A stretch of 64,000 nt of DNA from Perna viridis (Eukaryota): the NCBI GenBank assembly GCA_037379345.1, contig CM074520.1, positions 14,859,488-14,923,487 of the forward strand, given 5' to 3'. The notes under the pieces are model-generated. The model worked only from the letters and a program-made list of their open reading frames with translations, searched no databases and was not told where the DNA came from. This document shows, piece by piece, positions 24,026 to 39,000 of this stretch. Numbering within the stretch: position 1 is the first letter of the stretch; every line of letters begins with the position of its first letter. A program made the translations under genes and the position numbers.

Positions 24026-27000
24026 GTAAGTTCAGGCGGGTCACAAGTTCAGACCTGTGACTGTAATACTGCTGTGGTCTTTTCGGCCCAAATGTCAGCA
24101 TATAGGATAACATGCCAACGAAAAACTGATCCCGTAGAAGGATAGTTTTTTTTGTAAACCCCTTTTCTCATGATCTTAATCAGTTGTTGTTAATTATATT
24201 CTGACACTGTATGACGAACAGGAGAATGGACCAGTTAAGAAATTCAACCATCTCTGGGTGTTCATATGAATTTCAGTTGGCAATTCAGTTAGAATGATGC
24301 CACCAGAGTTTGCTGTGAAACTTGTTGTGTTAACCATATAAAAATGTTTCTGTATTTAATCCTGAAGCATAACATAGATTTAACTGACACTTCATGTAAC
24401 TGTCCTTTTCAGTGAAGAGATTAAGCGAACAACTTCAAAAGTACAGAAATGTGTCTGCTGAGAGTGCTACAGGAGAAGTATGTATATATACATGCAGGGT
24501 ACCTCAATGTTTTATTGTATTCTGTCAGTACCCTTTGTATAAACAGAACGTAATAGTCAGTATAATGACGGAGTGCAGAAATTTGAAGATAGATAGATAG
24601 ATAGATATACATTGTATGTGCATATATGTCATATAAATGCATTTGATACAGCTTAAATTTTATTTGAAGCAAATATTGGCAGGACATTTATACCAAGAGA
24701 CTCTTCTCTCCCTTCTTTACTTCATGTTTACCACCCTTGAACCTTCTTCTAAAAGAAAAAAAAAACTGTTTCTACTTTCAACTCATTGAGATTTCCCTTT
24801 TTATTGTAAAAAAATCAATACTAATACTCAAGTCAGTCATCATTATTGTAACTTTTTTTCATTTTATTGAAAAAATGGTATTTTGATTTTTGCTATTTTA
24901 AGTGAATGTGTTCATATCTTAAATACTTTTAATTGTAAAATTACATCTTTTACTATTAAAACCTTATCATATTTCTGAAAAAAAAAAAACAATAAAAAAG
25001 CGTCTCAGTTATTTCCAAATTGACAGTATTTGTCTGATATTTTAGCAAGGTGAAGGTCAAGATGGTGGTCCTGTTGCTCCATGGTTGACAGATAAAAGGT
25101 TTAGTATTATGTTCTACAATGAAAGACACCCACTTGAAAATCCAGCTAATAAAAAGATTCTTAGAGAACTTTAAAAATCTGTCAATTAAGATTAAAAAAA
25201 GAAAATTGGGAAGTAGCAAAGGAACATGTTGAACAAATATTCTAATACAGATCTAACTGAATTACAAAGCCTAATCATATACATGTGTATATGTATTTTA
25301 TTTTATTTCAACTTATTGTATGAAATTTTTTAGTCTTGCTGCAATTTTTAAACTCATTATCTTTTATCATATGTGATTGTTTTTGTTGTAGTGTTCTATC
25401 ACCATTGATAGCAGAATATGACCAACAGTTCCTGGTTTTGTTGGAGGAAAAGGAGATTTTGAGGGTACATATTGATTTCATGGGATTCTGAAAAAAAAGA
25501 TTGGGGAATATATTTTGAGTTTTTATTAATCAGAACAAAAATAGTTTAAGTTAAAAAAACATAATTTTTTTCTTTTTGCTGTCATTGACCAACCTTTCCA
25601 GGGAATCATATGTCTGAAAAAATAATCCTTTGTAGTTAGTTTTAGGGTTGCTATTATGAGAATGAAAGTAGTGATTATGTCAGAGAGAAAACAACACCAC
25701 ATGGATGAAAAAGGTCAGCTCATGGCCACTAATGGCATTAACTACATAACTTCATTTTTTTACAACCTCATTAGATTTTTATAATGAATGAAACATAGTG
25801 CTAATGTAGAAATTTTTGTTTTGATGATATTTTTGCTGTTAATATTTCAGAAAGAACTAAACAAACTAAAACCAGAATTAGAGCGGTTAATGACAGAGAA
25901 TGGTAGACTGGTACAGGATATGAAGGATAGATTAGAGAATCAGATTGGGTCAGATTTGGATGTAGAGGGAGATTTTCAACCAGTAACAGACCAGGAGCAA
26001 GTCATCAGTAATCTTCAAATGCAGGTTGAAACAGCTTTACAGGTATATCAAGTGAAGCAAACTTGTAGCATATTTTTCAGTTTTTGGTGATTACCATATA
26101 TATAATGTGCATATTTTTACATAGAAATAATTTCCAGATCATGGGGTGCATATTATACATCAATATATAAGATTTGGCCAAGAAATAAAAGATTTTTGTA
26201 AGAGAAAAGAGATTATGTAATGTAAACAAACAAACCATAAGTGAAATGTTACTGAAAGAAAGTTTATATAATCATCAAATAAATCTTAGTGTTGAATTTT
26301 AAATGATTTTGTCTTCAAATCAAGTTTAAATGTCTTTATGACATGTTTTAGGCATAGGTTGTACAATATTTCTTTCTTATAAAACACGGTGAGAGATTAA
26401 AATGAAACAACTTAAAACCAAAGAGTAACAAAGTCCTTTCTTGTCAAACCCTCCTTATTGGATGCTTTTGCAGTTGAAATTGATTATTTTGAAACTTGTG
26501 TTGATTGTTTCTAACAATTTTCTTTCTTTAAAGTATGTTTTAAAATGAAAAAAATTACGAAATTTGAGTAACAACCGAAACCGGAAATGTCCGATATACA
26601 CAATTTTTTATTTTGTTTTATAAGCCATTTCATGCATCCATTGTCATTCATTTCAAGCTTCGAAATTAAAATTATCCAATTTATGTTGCTACTGATCTTT
26701 ACATGATGTTTAAGTGTGAATAGAAGTTTGGTTCCTTTACATTTATGTAGAAAATACTTGATCAAGGTAAATAAATTGACTGATAAAGTGCAAAATATTG
26801 ACCTTTTGTCGTACAAAATTCTACTGCAATCTTTTTCTAATAAAACTTTTTTCACACGCTTTGACCTTTAAAATTGAACTGCGCACAATACATAAATGTA
26901 CATTATACACCAAAATACGGTAAGCTTTAAAATTATTTTCTTCCTCACTTTATTAGTTTGAAATTAGTTGATACATCTACTTGTAATACAGTGTAAGGTA

Positions 27001-30000
27001 TCTATAGAGTTACCCATCATATTAATTTCAATTTTTAATTTAAGCATTGTATACAGTCAAGCTTTAGATAAGTCACAGTAGCCAATATTGATGTTTTCCC
27101 CTTAATTATAGCCCCCTTTAACCATTTTGAAAAAACTTAGCATATATACATGGTTTAGTAAGGAGAAAGAAAGAGCTACACACAGAAAAACATCAGCCAT
27201 GGATATTGCTGGTGTATTTAGTATATTTATGGTTAATATATATTTTTATCAATGTATTATTTAAAAAAAATGTTAAATATATATATGTGTGTGTTGTGCT
27301 GCACCTTAAATAGACAAATATCTGTCTATTGATATTATGAAATTACCCATATGACATATCATTTGTAGGAAAAGGAGGCATCCATAGATAGATGGAGGGA
27401 AGCTGAGATGGAGATAGATAGATTACAGAAAGAATTACAGGTTATTTTAATTAACTGTTTTACATTATCTTATTTCTAGACAAGTACAGGCATAGGTTCT
27501 GATTAGTGGTTGTCTGAGGTACAGGACTCCCACTTCTAAGACCTTTGAAATTTTGTATACCTTAGATGCTGGACCTTCAATCTTTTAACTGACACTTTAG
27601 TGTGGACTTTAGATTTTGCTCAAGTGGACCATTGATTTGAAAATTGAAGTCCTAGACTTTTTACTCTTGAAAGTAAATTTGAACCGCTGACCAATGAAAA
27701 TTTTACAATTAAACTTTTTTGAATAATTTAAGTGGTAACAAAGTGCTACATGTTTTGTGTTTTTTTTTTTCAGATTTGAAACTATCATTAGTGTGTGCCA
27801 TTTTGTTTCTTTATTCTTTGAAAATGTTATAACTGAATCTGTTGTGTTTTTTTTTAAGTTTGATAAAAATTATTGTTGCTAATTTCAGAATGAAAAAGAC
27901 AGCCATCAATGGAGAGTTGTAGAAGATCAAGCTACCAGGGTAAATAAATGATGCTTGTACAAACTTTCTATGAGCTAGTAGCAAGTTGATTTTAAATTTC
28001 TTTTTAATTTTGCTCCATATTTTGCACAAGTAATACATTATTATGTTCAAGCAAAAGTATGCTGTTTAATGAAATAAAAATTTTGCTCAGTAGCCTCTGT
28101 TTATATTTGACAAATTGAAACTTAACTTACCTCCTCTGTTTAAAATTTATTAATATCTAAGCACTTGCTCCTTTTAAGGTCATCTTCCAGTCTCAATCTA
28201 ATGTTGTTAATGAATTATTTCCCCCTGTTGTTTACAGATGCAGTCAGAGTATCAAGAATCAGTAGCAGTACTAAACAGAGAGATAGAGGAGCTACAGACA
28301 GACAGCAGGTATTATGTCAAACTTCTTACAATTATTTCCAATGAGATATACTGTTTTCCCACTACAGTCTGTCCATTTATCACACCTTTTACATGTCTGT
28401 TCTCTCTGCAGCTACTTGCTACAGTTATTTGATATTTTGATACAAGTTGTTTATTTATTTCCCATTAATGTGATTTCATGATGATAACCTGAAAGGAAAA
28501 AAATACTTATGGTGGATTATTGACCCCCTCATGTATATTTTTAAAACACCTAAACTTCTGTGTATTCTTCAAACTTTTATTGTTCCATAGAGTCAGCATT
28601 TTTTCTGTTTTGAATGAAAGTTACTAATTCAAGAAATGTTAATTTTAGATTGGCAAAACAAGAGTTGGATAAAGCTAATACAGAGTTAAGAGATCTGAAG
28701 AGAGAGAATAAAGACCTAGAGCAAAAGTTACAATGGAAGGTTTGTCTGCTTTATATTAAGTAGTAGACAGGAAGTGATTCATGCATATCAAAAACCCACC
28801 TTATCCAATTTTATTTCTAATACAAGAAACAGTTACAGACCTCACTGTCGTGGATCGTTATGATGTATCCATCAGCACCATGAAAACTGATTTATTCAAC
28901 GGGTCATAGTTTACCTTTCCTCGTTTGTCTACCCTGGACTTGACTTTTTATGAGCAACTCGGCGGGTGTTTCTAGAAAAGCAGAGGACGCTTACCCTACC
29001 GGTGTACCTAGTCCATGCTCCCAGTTTTTAGTGGAGTCCTAGTTGCTCATTTGGTTTTGTTACTTTGTATGTATGATTTTAGTTACTTATGTTCTTTGTT
29101 GTGTATGCCTGTTTTCCATGTCGGGTCTTTATTCCTGGATTACATTCTTTTGATTACCGCTGTAATATTGGTTCCCTTGATTACTCTGTCATATGGTTGT
29201 TTTCACTATTGAAATAAAAAAATACATAGATTGTATGTAAAATTTATTCTTTCCAAGAGTTATCGTTCTTGATTTGGTTTGATTTGGTTGATTTTAGTGG
29301 GAGATGAATGTATGGTTTTCTCAAACATACAGATTTGAGTACAGAAATAAAAATTGTTACATAACAGTATAGCATATGTAGACCATAAAAACATCTTTTG
29401 TTTGGTGAGTTTTTCTACACCATGAATCACCCTTACCTATCTGAAGTGGTACTTAACTACTTTATGGATTAAATACTACTTCTTTAAATCTTCAGAATAT
29501 TTTTTCAGTGTTAAAATAGTAAAAAAGTGCATGTTTTTTTTTGTTTTTTTTTTCAATCATTTTCTTATTGTCATATGATTAATAACTGGCCTACATCTAT
29601 AAAGAACTTGGTATAAATTCATGCCAATGTTGGTAGTAAGGAAAATGATATAAGGATGGCAACAGCAATTCAATCAGGAAGGCAGCTAAAAATCTAATCT
29701 AATTAAAATCTTTATTCAGTAGAAGGGAGTGTTGTTAGATCTATCTTTTATTCCATTCAGTAGAAGGGAGTGTTGTTACATCCTACATGCAGTGACTGAA
29801 TGGAACAATTGATAGGTCTAATTTTAATTAGATTGCTAATTATCCAAATTAAGTTAATACAAGTAGACCTTACCTCAATGAAATTAGTATATTTTTTACA
29901 AGACTTACAGTCCAGATACACATTTTGCCTCATGTTCTGTATTTAGTTCTATATCATCAAATATTTTGAAGTCATAGTCTATTTAATTACTTCATAGAGT

Positions 30001-33000
30001 ATCATTATAATGTTGACAAAATTTTGACAAATTATACCAAGTGGTCCGTTTAGGCATTATTAATATTTTTTTCTAATTTTTATTCATGTTACATACGAAG
30101 TTTGAAATACAAAAAAAGTAATACTTACTTGCCAAAATGTAAAAAACACATAGTGTACAATATCTTGTATGTTCTGTTTTCTATCAATGGTTAATTGAAT
30201 AAATGTCTTTTTTAGGATCAAGACATTGCTGATATCATAATGAAAGAAGGCGTATCAGATAGTCACTTACAAGAAATGAAAAGACTGTTAGATGAAAGTA
30301 ATCACAAGTAAGTATATTTTTATTGCTTTATTGTAGAACAGAAATCTTCAATAATTATAAACTTTCGTATTTAATTAGGCCAGAGAAAAAACTTTTTAAG
30401 GTAACCTAACCTTCCTTAATTTTTCTGCCTACCCTAGCACATTTTAATGGTATTTTGTTAGAAATGTTGCTTAACTATATATATTTTTTTAAGTTGAGCA
30501 CTATTAAAGTCAAGAAATCATCTCATAAGTGTCTTTATAAAACAATTTAACATACCTACATACCTGCCTAGTACCTAAACTACCCTATTTTTTCCTCCAA
30601 TGTACCATATTTTGGTGTGTTTAATACACATTTATGTATTGTGCGCAGTGCAATTTTGAAGGTCTAAACATGTGAAAAAAAAGTTTTTTAGACTTAGCTT
30701 ACTGTAAAATTTTGTTATACAAAGGATCAAAACTTTCCACTTGATCGGTTAATTTATTTACATTGATGTGGTATTTCCTACGAAAATATGAAGGGAAGAG
30801 AGTTATGTGCAGACTAAAACATCATGTAAAGATCAGTAGCTACATGAAATGGATAATTTCAATTTCAATGCTTGATAAAATTGACCTAGGATGTATGAAA
30901 TGGCTTAAAAAACAAAATTGAAAGTCAAGAAAATTGGACATTTCCTGTATTTGTTGTAACTTAAATTTCACAATTTATTGTTTAAAAACATACTTTAAAG
31001 AAAGAAAATTGTAAGAAACAATCCATGTTTTATAAGAAGGAAATATTGTACAATCTTTTTTTGAAACATGTTATTAAGACATTTGAACATGATTTAATTT
31101 TGAAGAAAATATCACTAACAATTCAATTCTTAAAGATATTTGATGATCAGATCAAATTTCTTTCAGTTGCATTTCAGTGTTGGTTTGTTTGTTTGTTTGT
31201 TTACATTACGCAATGTCTTTTTTCGTTCCAAAATCTTTCATTTTGTGGCTAATTCTTATATATTTATGCAAAATACACACCCCCATATTCTGGAAAAAAA
31301 TACTATGTAAATATGTGCACATAATACACACTAAAATACTGTAACCTTAAACAGATACATATTTTTTTCTTGGCCTTATAACCCTGCATCACTGATGCAG
31401 GTTCCTATAGTTTTCAGTTCATTCATCTTTCTGTCTTCACTTGGCGTCTGTCATTGTCATCTGTCGTTAACTTTTCTTTTAAAATCTTCTCCTCGGGGAA
31501 ACCACTCAGCTCATTGGATTATTACCAAACTTGGTCACCAGCATCCTTAAGGTATTTACTTTGAAAATTGAATCAAGTAGATAGATTAAGAGTAAAACAT
31601 GGCTGCTATTGCAATTTTTAGACCACAGGGGTCAAGTCACCAATTTTTACATATATCTTTACATATATCTCAAAAACCATAAGAGATATTGGAAAATAAA
31701 TGTTATCTTCCTCCTTTAGCTTGAAGAGCTTTAATACAGTATGTATTGGATAAAAAATTTTGGGCAACTCCATGTTAGAGTTGTTGGTCTTGAAAGGAAA
31801 AATTGGACTTTCTTTTAAGTTTTCAGCCATTATTGTGAAAACAATTATAAAAAATTTCAATTAATGAAATGATCTTAAGGCATAAAAAAGCCCCCTGAAA
31901 GTTGTTGGACAACTCCTTGATTAGAGTTATTGACCTTGAAAGACAAAATATGATGGTTTTTTTTGGTAGTTTTCAGCCAATATCTTGAAAACTATAATAG
32001 AAAAAAACTTTTGTTTGATGAAATGATCCTCATGATAAGACCTACAAAAGTTTCATTGGGTCAAAACTGTCAGAAGACTTCTTGTTGAGTTATTGCCCTT
32101 GAAAGGCAAAATATGATGTATTTTTATATGCCCGTTTAAGATGGGACGTATTATAGTATACCGTTGTCCGTCCGTTTGTCATCCACACTTCGGGCAATAA
32201 CTCAAAAACACTTTCACCAACTTTTATGAAACTTTGGTGAATTGTTCATATCTATTGAGGTAAGCTCCCTTTCGATTTTTATAAATTTTAGATTTTATGT
32301 TTCCCTGTTATGAACTTTTTTACTTAAAAAAAGGGGGATTTTCAAGTTTTCGGACAAGAACTCTACAACACTTTCACCTAATTTTACGAAACTTTGGTGA
32401 ATTGTTCATATCTAATAATCTAAGTTCCCTTTTGATTTTTAAAAATTTCAGATTTATTATTTCCGTGTTCTGAATTTTTATACTTTAAACAGGGGAATTT
32501 TCAAGTTTTCACACAATTACTCAAAAGCACTTCCACCAACATTTATGAAACTTTGGTGAATTGTTCATATCTATTGAAGTAAGCTGCCTTTCAATATATA
32601 TAAATGTCAAATTTCATGTTTCCATATTATGAAGTTTTACTCAAAAAAAGAGGTGGAAATGACCAAGGAAATTTTATTTCTTGAAAAATTGTTGAACGGA
32701 CCATTTGTTATGATGATCAACTAATAAATATAAAAGGTACTTGGTAACCTTGTCAGAAAAGTGTTGAAGAAGATACAAATGTATGGGTGAAAAATCAAGA
32801 CAACAAACTTAGTTAAACTTGAGGTAGCCTTGGTGGTGCCAATTTTTTTGTGTATTTTTTATTTACTTTTTTTTTTTTTTTTTGGGGGGGGTGGGGGGGG
32901 TGGGGTGGGGGGATATTTGATAGGGCCCACAGTATTTCCAGTTGATCATATAAAATCATTAAAAGCGTAAGGACAAGTTAAGAGGGCAAGTGGTATATCA

Positions 33001-36000
33001 TGTGCTTAAAGCGCAGCTCTTTATTGTAGTGTTCATGATTGTATTTCTACTGGAAATGTCAAGTGGGAAATTATATTAGATGTAAACAACCATATAGATT
33101 GGAAAAAGGTCAATATAATTCCTTTTATTATTAAAAAGAATTTCAAGTTACACTGGTTACGATACAGAATTAATCATAGAATTTTAGCCACAAACAAGTT
33201 TTTATATAAGATTAATAAGGTCTCCAACCCTTTTTGTGTTTCTTTGTTAAAATGAAAGTGAAACAATTGTGCATTTGTTATGGGAATTTGAACATGTCCT
33301 ACATTAGTTATAGAGGAAACAAATGTATGGTTTCGAGAAAACGATGTCAGCATTCCTTTTACTAATGTAAGTTTCTTACTGGGAATCTTTCATTATGTTT
33401 GCAAAGGTAACCAACAGAACAATGTATTACAATGGATCAAACATTACATTTACTGTACAAAATATTTTGAATCACAATTAGTTTTATCAGGCCTTAAAGA
33501 GAAGCTGAAGTATAGGTATAATTTAGAGAGAATGATTGCTGTGAAAAATAAGTGTGTAGAAAACAATAACCAACTTTGGCATAGTTATGAGTTTTTATCT
33601 TGATACATCTATACCCTTCATCAGGTGCAAATATGTTAAATAAATAAATTTCTTAGTTACTATGTTTCATATAAAATTTTTATTCAGAGCTCAGTATCTT
33701 CATCATTTCATCTCTTTTTTATTAACAATTTCTCTTTTCACTTCTACCTACAACACTTATTTCACAACAAAAACCAACACAATTGGTGATATGTTTTATG
33801 GTGTATTCTGTATTTATGCTGAATTAATAGTGTTATACATGTTGGCTTTAAAAAATAAATAATTTATAAATAAGTTCTTCCAGTCATTAGTAATATGATA
33901 ATGTATATTAAAAGCAAATACAGCTTCAAAACACCAACAATGTATGAGTAAAATTAAATTTTACATATCTAGCAGGGCATCATTTCAAAACCAAGACAGG
34001 AAAACATATGGAAAAGAAGATAATTTACATTCCAATTTTCCTTCACAAAGAATTCACATTAGGAATAACATGATGATCAAAAGTTATTTCTTTATCTTCA
34101 ACAAAAGTGCAGTTATTGTGACATCAACAATGTTGTGACATCATAATGTCAGCATGTTGACAGCAACAGAGGTATGACGTCATAATGGCACTGGGGACAT
34201 TTACAATGGAATTATGTCATAATGTCTCTATGGAGTTAATGGCGAACAGGATGTTGAAGAAATGACCATGTAGATTTAGATAGGGAAATATGTAAAACCA
34301 GTGGAAGGCCTTTGGCCAAGACCTCTTTATTGTAGTTTCATATTATAATCTACTAGTATTCATTTCTGAAAGATATTGCTGAATCTGGTATTTATTTGTC
34401 ATGGTAAGAAACAGAAGTAATGTAGATTTTAATCATGTGTTTTGGACCAGTTGTTGTATAGAGTCCTAATTATTGGAGTTTCTTTCGATTTCTTGCAAGC
34501 TTATAACTAATGAAAATAATTATGAATTGGAGATGTGCCATGGAATAGAAAAAAGCTTATCATGGCATGAAAAAGTAAATCATAATGTTTATAAATAAAA
34601 ACATATGAAATTATTGGTATGTTTGTAGATTATCTCAAGTGACGAGAGAGCTAGAAGAAACTAAGACAGATAAAGCTGGTATGGAAGCCATCATTAAAGA
34701 ATCCAGAACAAGACAGTAAGTTTTGTAATGTGTAAACCATATGATTTTTAGGAGGGGGCTATGGATGCTATGTAGGTCATATTACATTTTCCATATAATT
34801 ATGATTTGAATACATGTGCTACAGACTTTTTTTGGAAAATTAGCTTTTTTCCCATAGGCAGAGAGTGGGTCAGAGTATCTTTTTCAGTGTGGTCTGTTTT
34901 GTTTTGGTTTAAAAGTTATCAAAAGACATGAACTAAAACTCCCTTAACTTGGGCTGATCCATTTTTATGGTATATTATCTTCATTTGGTGTATGGTGCCA
35001 TTTTTCACCCAGAAATATTTTACTTTGAATATTTTGAAATGGCAAATGTCATTTTTAAATTATGTGAGAGTGGCTGCTTTTAACTAAAAAAAATATTTCA
35101 ACTCAATCTCTATGGAATATACAGCATCTTGTAATTTCTTCTTAAATATCCGGGCCATTTTAGGTGGTTCTTAGCTCAGCTCCTGTATGCTTGATAAAAG
35201 TGTTTATTAATTAATGGCATGATTCCATATTTATATGATTTTAGAAGGGTAGAATCTGGTCACCATAATCACAGGAACTTATAACAAATGCTATTTTGTA
35301 GACCTTAACTTGCAAAGAATGATAAGACTTAAGTTTGAATTTAGGACTTTTAATACGATGGGCCCTGTCATCTGTATCTGATATATATTGTTATGCTATG
35401 TATTTTAGTGCAGATTTAGAGAAAAGAGAATTAGATGCTGTATCCCAGGTCAGAGATGCTGTCCAGATGGTAGAGAAAGCTATGATGGAGAAAGAACAGG
35501 CAGAGATAGAATTAAAACAGAGAGAAGAGGAGGCTGACAAACTTCAGGATGCCATTAGTAAACTTATTAATGAAGCTGGAATGAAAACAAGACAGGAAGT
35601 AGGTACTCAAGTAATTGTAGAACGTCTTGGTATCCAAAATGACTGTTGAATGTCTTGGTACCCAAAACAACTGTAGAATGTCTTGGTACCCAAAATAACT
35701 GTAGAATGTCTTGGTAGGCGAAGTACCTTTAGAATGTCTTTGGACCCAAAGTGACTGCAGCTGTTGAATTGTGACCAATTTAATTTAGGAAGTTGTACTT
35801 GGGACTTTATTTTACATATAAAATCAAACCTGTCCTAAGTGACCTACGAAGGGAGAGTAATCACTGTCTCATTAAACAGATGGTCTTTATGTACGGATTA
35901 ATTTTTTATAGAAAACACAACAAAGGGATATTTTAACAATCATTGAACAATTATGACATGAGTACCTGATAGGTAATCATATGTAAACACCATGAACATG

Positions 36001-39000
36001 TGTATCTCTATATGTAATCCATTTCCCCTGTTAAATGTTAACTCACTATTTTCATTTTGTACTTTTGTAGGTTGACATTGTCAGAAACCAGTGCAATGAA
36101 AGAATAACTAAACTAACAGAAGAACTCAATACTTTTGAAATGGTAACTTTATATTTATTAACTTCTTACCTGATGGTAGATTATTTTAGACAGCAAAACC
36201 CATTCAATTGCTCTATTTTTATGGATTTAAAATATATATTAAGATATTATGTTTTATTTATGTTTATTTTCCGAAGCTCATTCCAGATTTTCATTCCACA
36301 AGTAATTCTATATAAAGTTTATTATTTAGGTATATAGATGAAAAACAGAAAATTAAACATTCTTCTGAAATGATTGTAATATTGACGTTTTCTTGGAATT
36401 TATGCTTCTTGATATGTATAAATTCATGCATTGAATTGAGGAAGTTTTTGTTGTTAGATTCAGTAACTTAAAATACAAAAGGAATTTGCAATTTGCTTAA
36501 ACTGCTACTAACAAACTGATTTTGTTAGCAAAGAAATATAAAATAAAATTTGCATTATAGTAATATAATTAATTCTCAGGATAGTGCAGATTTGAGGGAA
36601 CAGGTACAGAGAGCCATCAGAGACAAAAGAAATGTCGAGTCTGAGCTAGAAAAGGTTAGTTAATGTATTTTTAAACAAATTTTGCAATAATTGTCCTGTC
36701 ATAGTTGTATACAATGAATAGAAGAGTTTTAAATTTCAGTGTTATAATGTTGGCTATATACTCAAGGATAAGAATACAAATTTTAGGACTTAATTAACAA
36801 TATTTTAGTAGGATAACGAATTGGAGAGTAAATAACCAAATTATGAACATGAGTGCTGAAGAACACCAAGATTTAATGAGTGTGCAGAACTTGTTCAGCC
36901 CACAAATTAAATTTTCAAGCTTTTTTGACATGATTTATTACCATTTTCAACATGAATTTTAAATTTTCTGATCTGAGGATTGATATTCCTGTTGTGATGT
37001 TTTGGTGGGAGAAATTCCTAGAGTGAATTTACCAAATTTATTTCACAGTGTGAATTATCCATTTATTTTTTACACAGAAAACATTCAATGAATTATTACT
37101 ATCTATATTATAATTATGTTTAATTAAAAGTTGTTGCTCTTTTTCAGTTCCATCATGAGCAAAAAGTATCTGTAGCTAAAGACAAAGCATCTTTTGAAGA
37201 TATGAATAGGAGAGCGATTGCAGCTGAAAGGTCAAGAGATGACCTTGAGGTCAAAGTTGAAACATTACAGAGTGAATTGAAGAAGGCTAACATGAAGTAA
37301 GTCCTTGTCCTTACCATGGAAGAACATATTATTTCTATTTGACTGGGCAAAAAAGAAAATTATATCTTCCCTTTTGTCTGACAAAGCCATGTTTTTTTTG
37401 TCTGTCTGTTCATCATAAAGAACACATTCTCTATATTTCCATATATTGCATTGGATTAGAGTGAAAGCCCAGGTTTTGTCAGGCATTTATTTAACCACCA
37501 TTTACTAGAAAGGAGGCTAAATTGCCCGATCCTACCCACCTCTCCCTATTTCCAGTGGCAATCAAAATTGCTTGACCCCATTATCATTGTGTCCCATCCC
37601 ATTTTTCATTTCATTATCATTTCATGTTCATTTTATCATCCACTTCATGTTAATCGCCTGAATATAGCTGAAATATTGCTGCTTGGGCATTAAACCCCAA
37701 CAAACAAACAAACAAAATAGAACGGCAAATGTAGAAAAAATAAAGAAAAATACTCATATTTCTTTGTAAACTAGCAACCAACAGATATCAAGTCAAACAG
37801 ATGTACAGTTGGCACAATTGAAAGAGAGGATGTCGGGTATGGAACAAGAATTTGAATTTCTTAATGATGATAGGATGAGACTTCAGAAGGATAATGATGA
37901 ATTAAAGAAACGCATGCAGTCAGCCGAGAAAGAAAAGGAGGCGGCTTTAAGAAAATGTCAGAAAGAGGTATGGTATTGTTCTTCAATTTTGAGAACACTT
38001 TGTTAAATTCCCATTAGAAAGAAAACTAGAGACTAAACTTTTTTCCACAACCAAGATATACAGTTAATATTTATTTTCTTGGTTGCTGATTTTAATGGAT
38101 TCTGTCAAATAAACACATTAAATTTATGGTTTTTAAAGTTACTATATTTATCATAGTATTAAAAATCAGTTTTGCTGACACTATATTTTAGGCTTATACA
38201 TTCACAAAGTAGTTGGCTAAAATAGGCTAACTTGAAAATGAATGCCGGGGTATTCATCATTTGCACACATTAGTCTTTGCTGTGCCCCGCGACGCGTCCC
38301 AAGGGAACATGGAAATGCCAGGCGTCCGTCCGTTTGTCGGTTTTCTGCACTTTTTTTTGTTATGCTTTTACCAAATAAGTTTGTTTTTGGTATGTGGACA
38401 TATTACGAAGTTACAGATTAAGTTTGACTTTAGTTACGATTGAATGATTTTTACAGACATTATGGCTCATGGACTCAGAAAATTCCAGTGAATTTACAGT
38501 TTTCACACTTTTTTTGTTATGCTTTTACCAATTGATTTTATCTTTTGAGAATTAAACTATGAGAAGTTATAGGTTTAGTTTGACTTTGGTTACAGTTGAT
38601 TTATTTTTATGAAATGTATGACCTTGGACTATGAAAATTTCAGTGATTTTAAGTTTTCCACATATTTTTTTTTCATGGGGGACATTGGAATGCTGTTCTT
38701 CTATTATCATTATACTCCCACTCGATGCCTGTTTGATCGGTGTTCATCATTCCATAGCAGATTTCTCAGCTTCTGTAAAATATTTTATGCAAAGCTTCAT
38801 ATGGGTATATCAGATCATGGACTGCATTTTCATACTCATATGACATCTGCTTTCTGTTTGATGAAAACAAACGGGGATATTACAAGTGAGACATTGCTAA
38901 GAGATTTCTCGTTTAACATGAAATGTGCCATTGCAAACTTTTGTACAAGTAAATACCTGTTGTTTTAGGTTTTATAATATAAAAAATCAGTCAAATGTTG

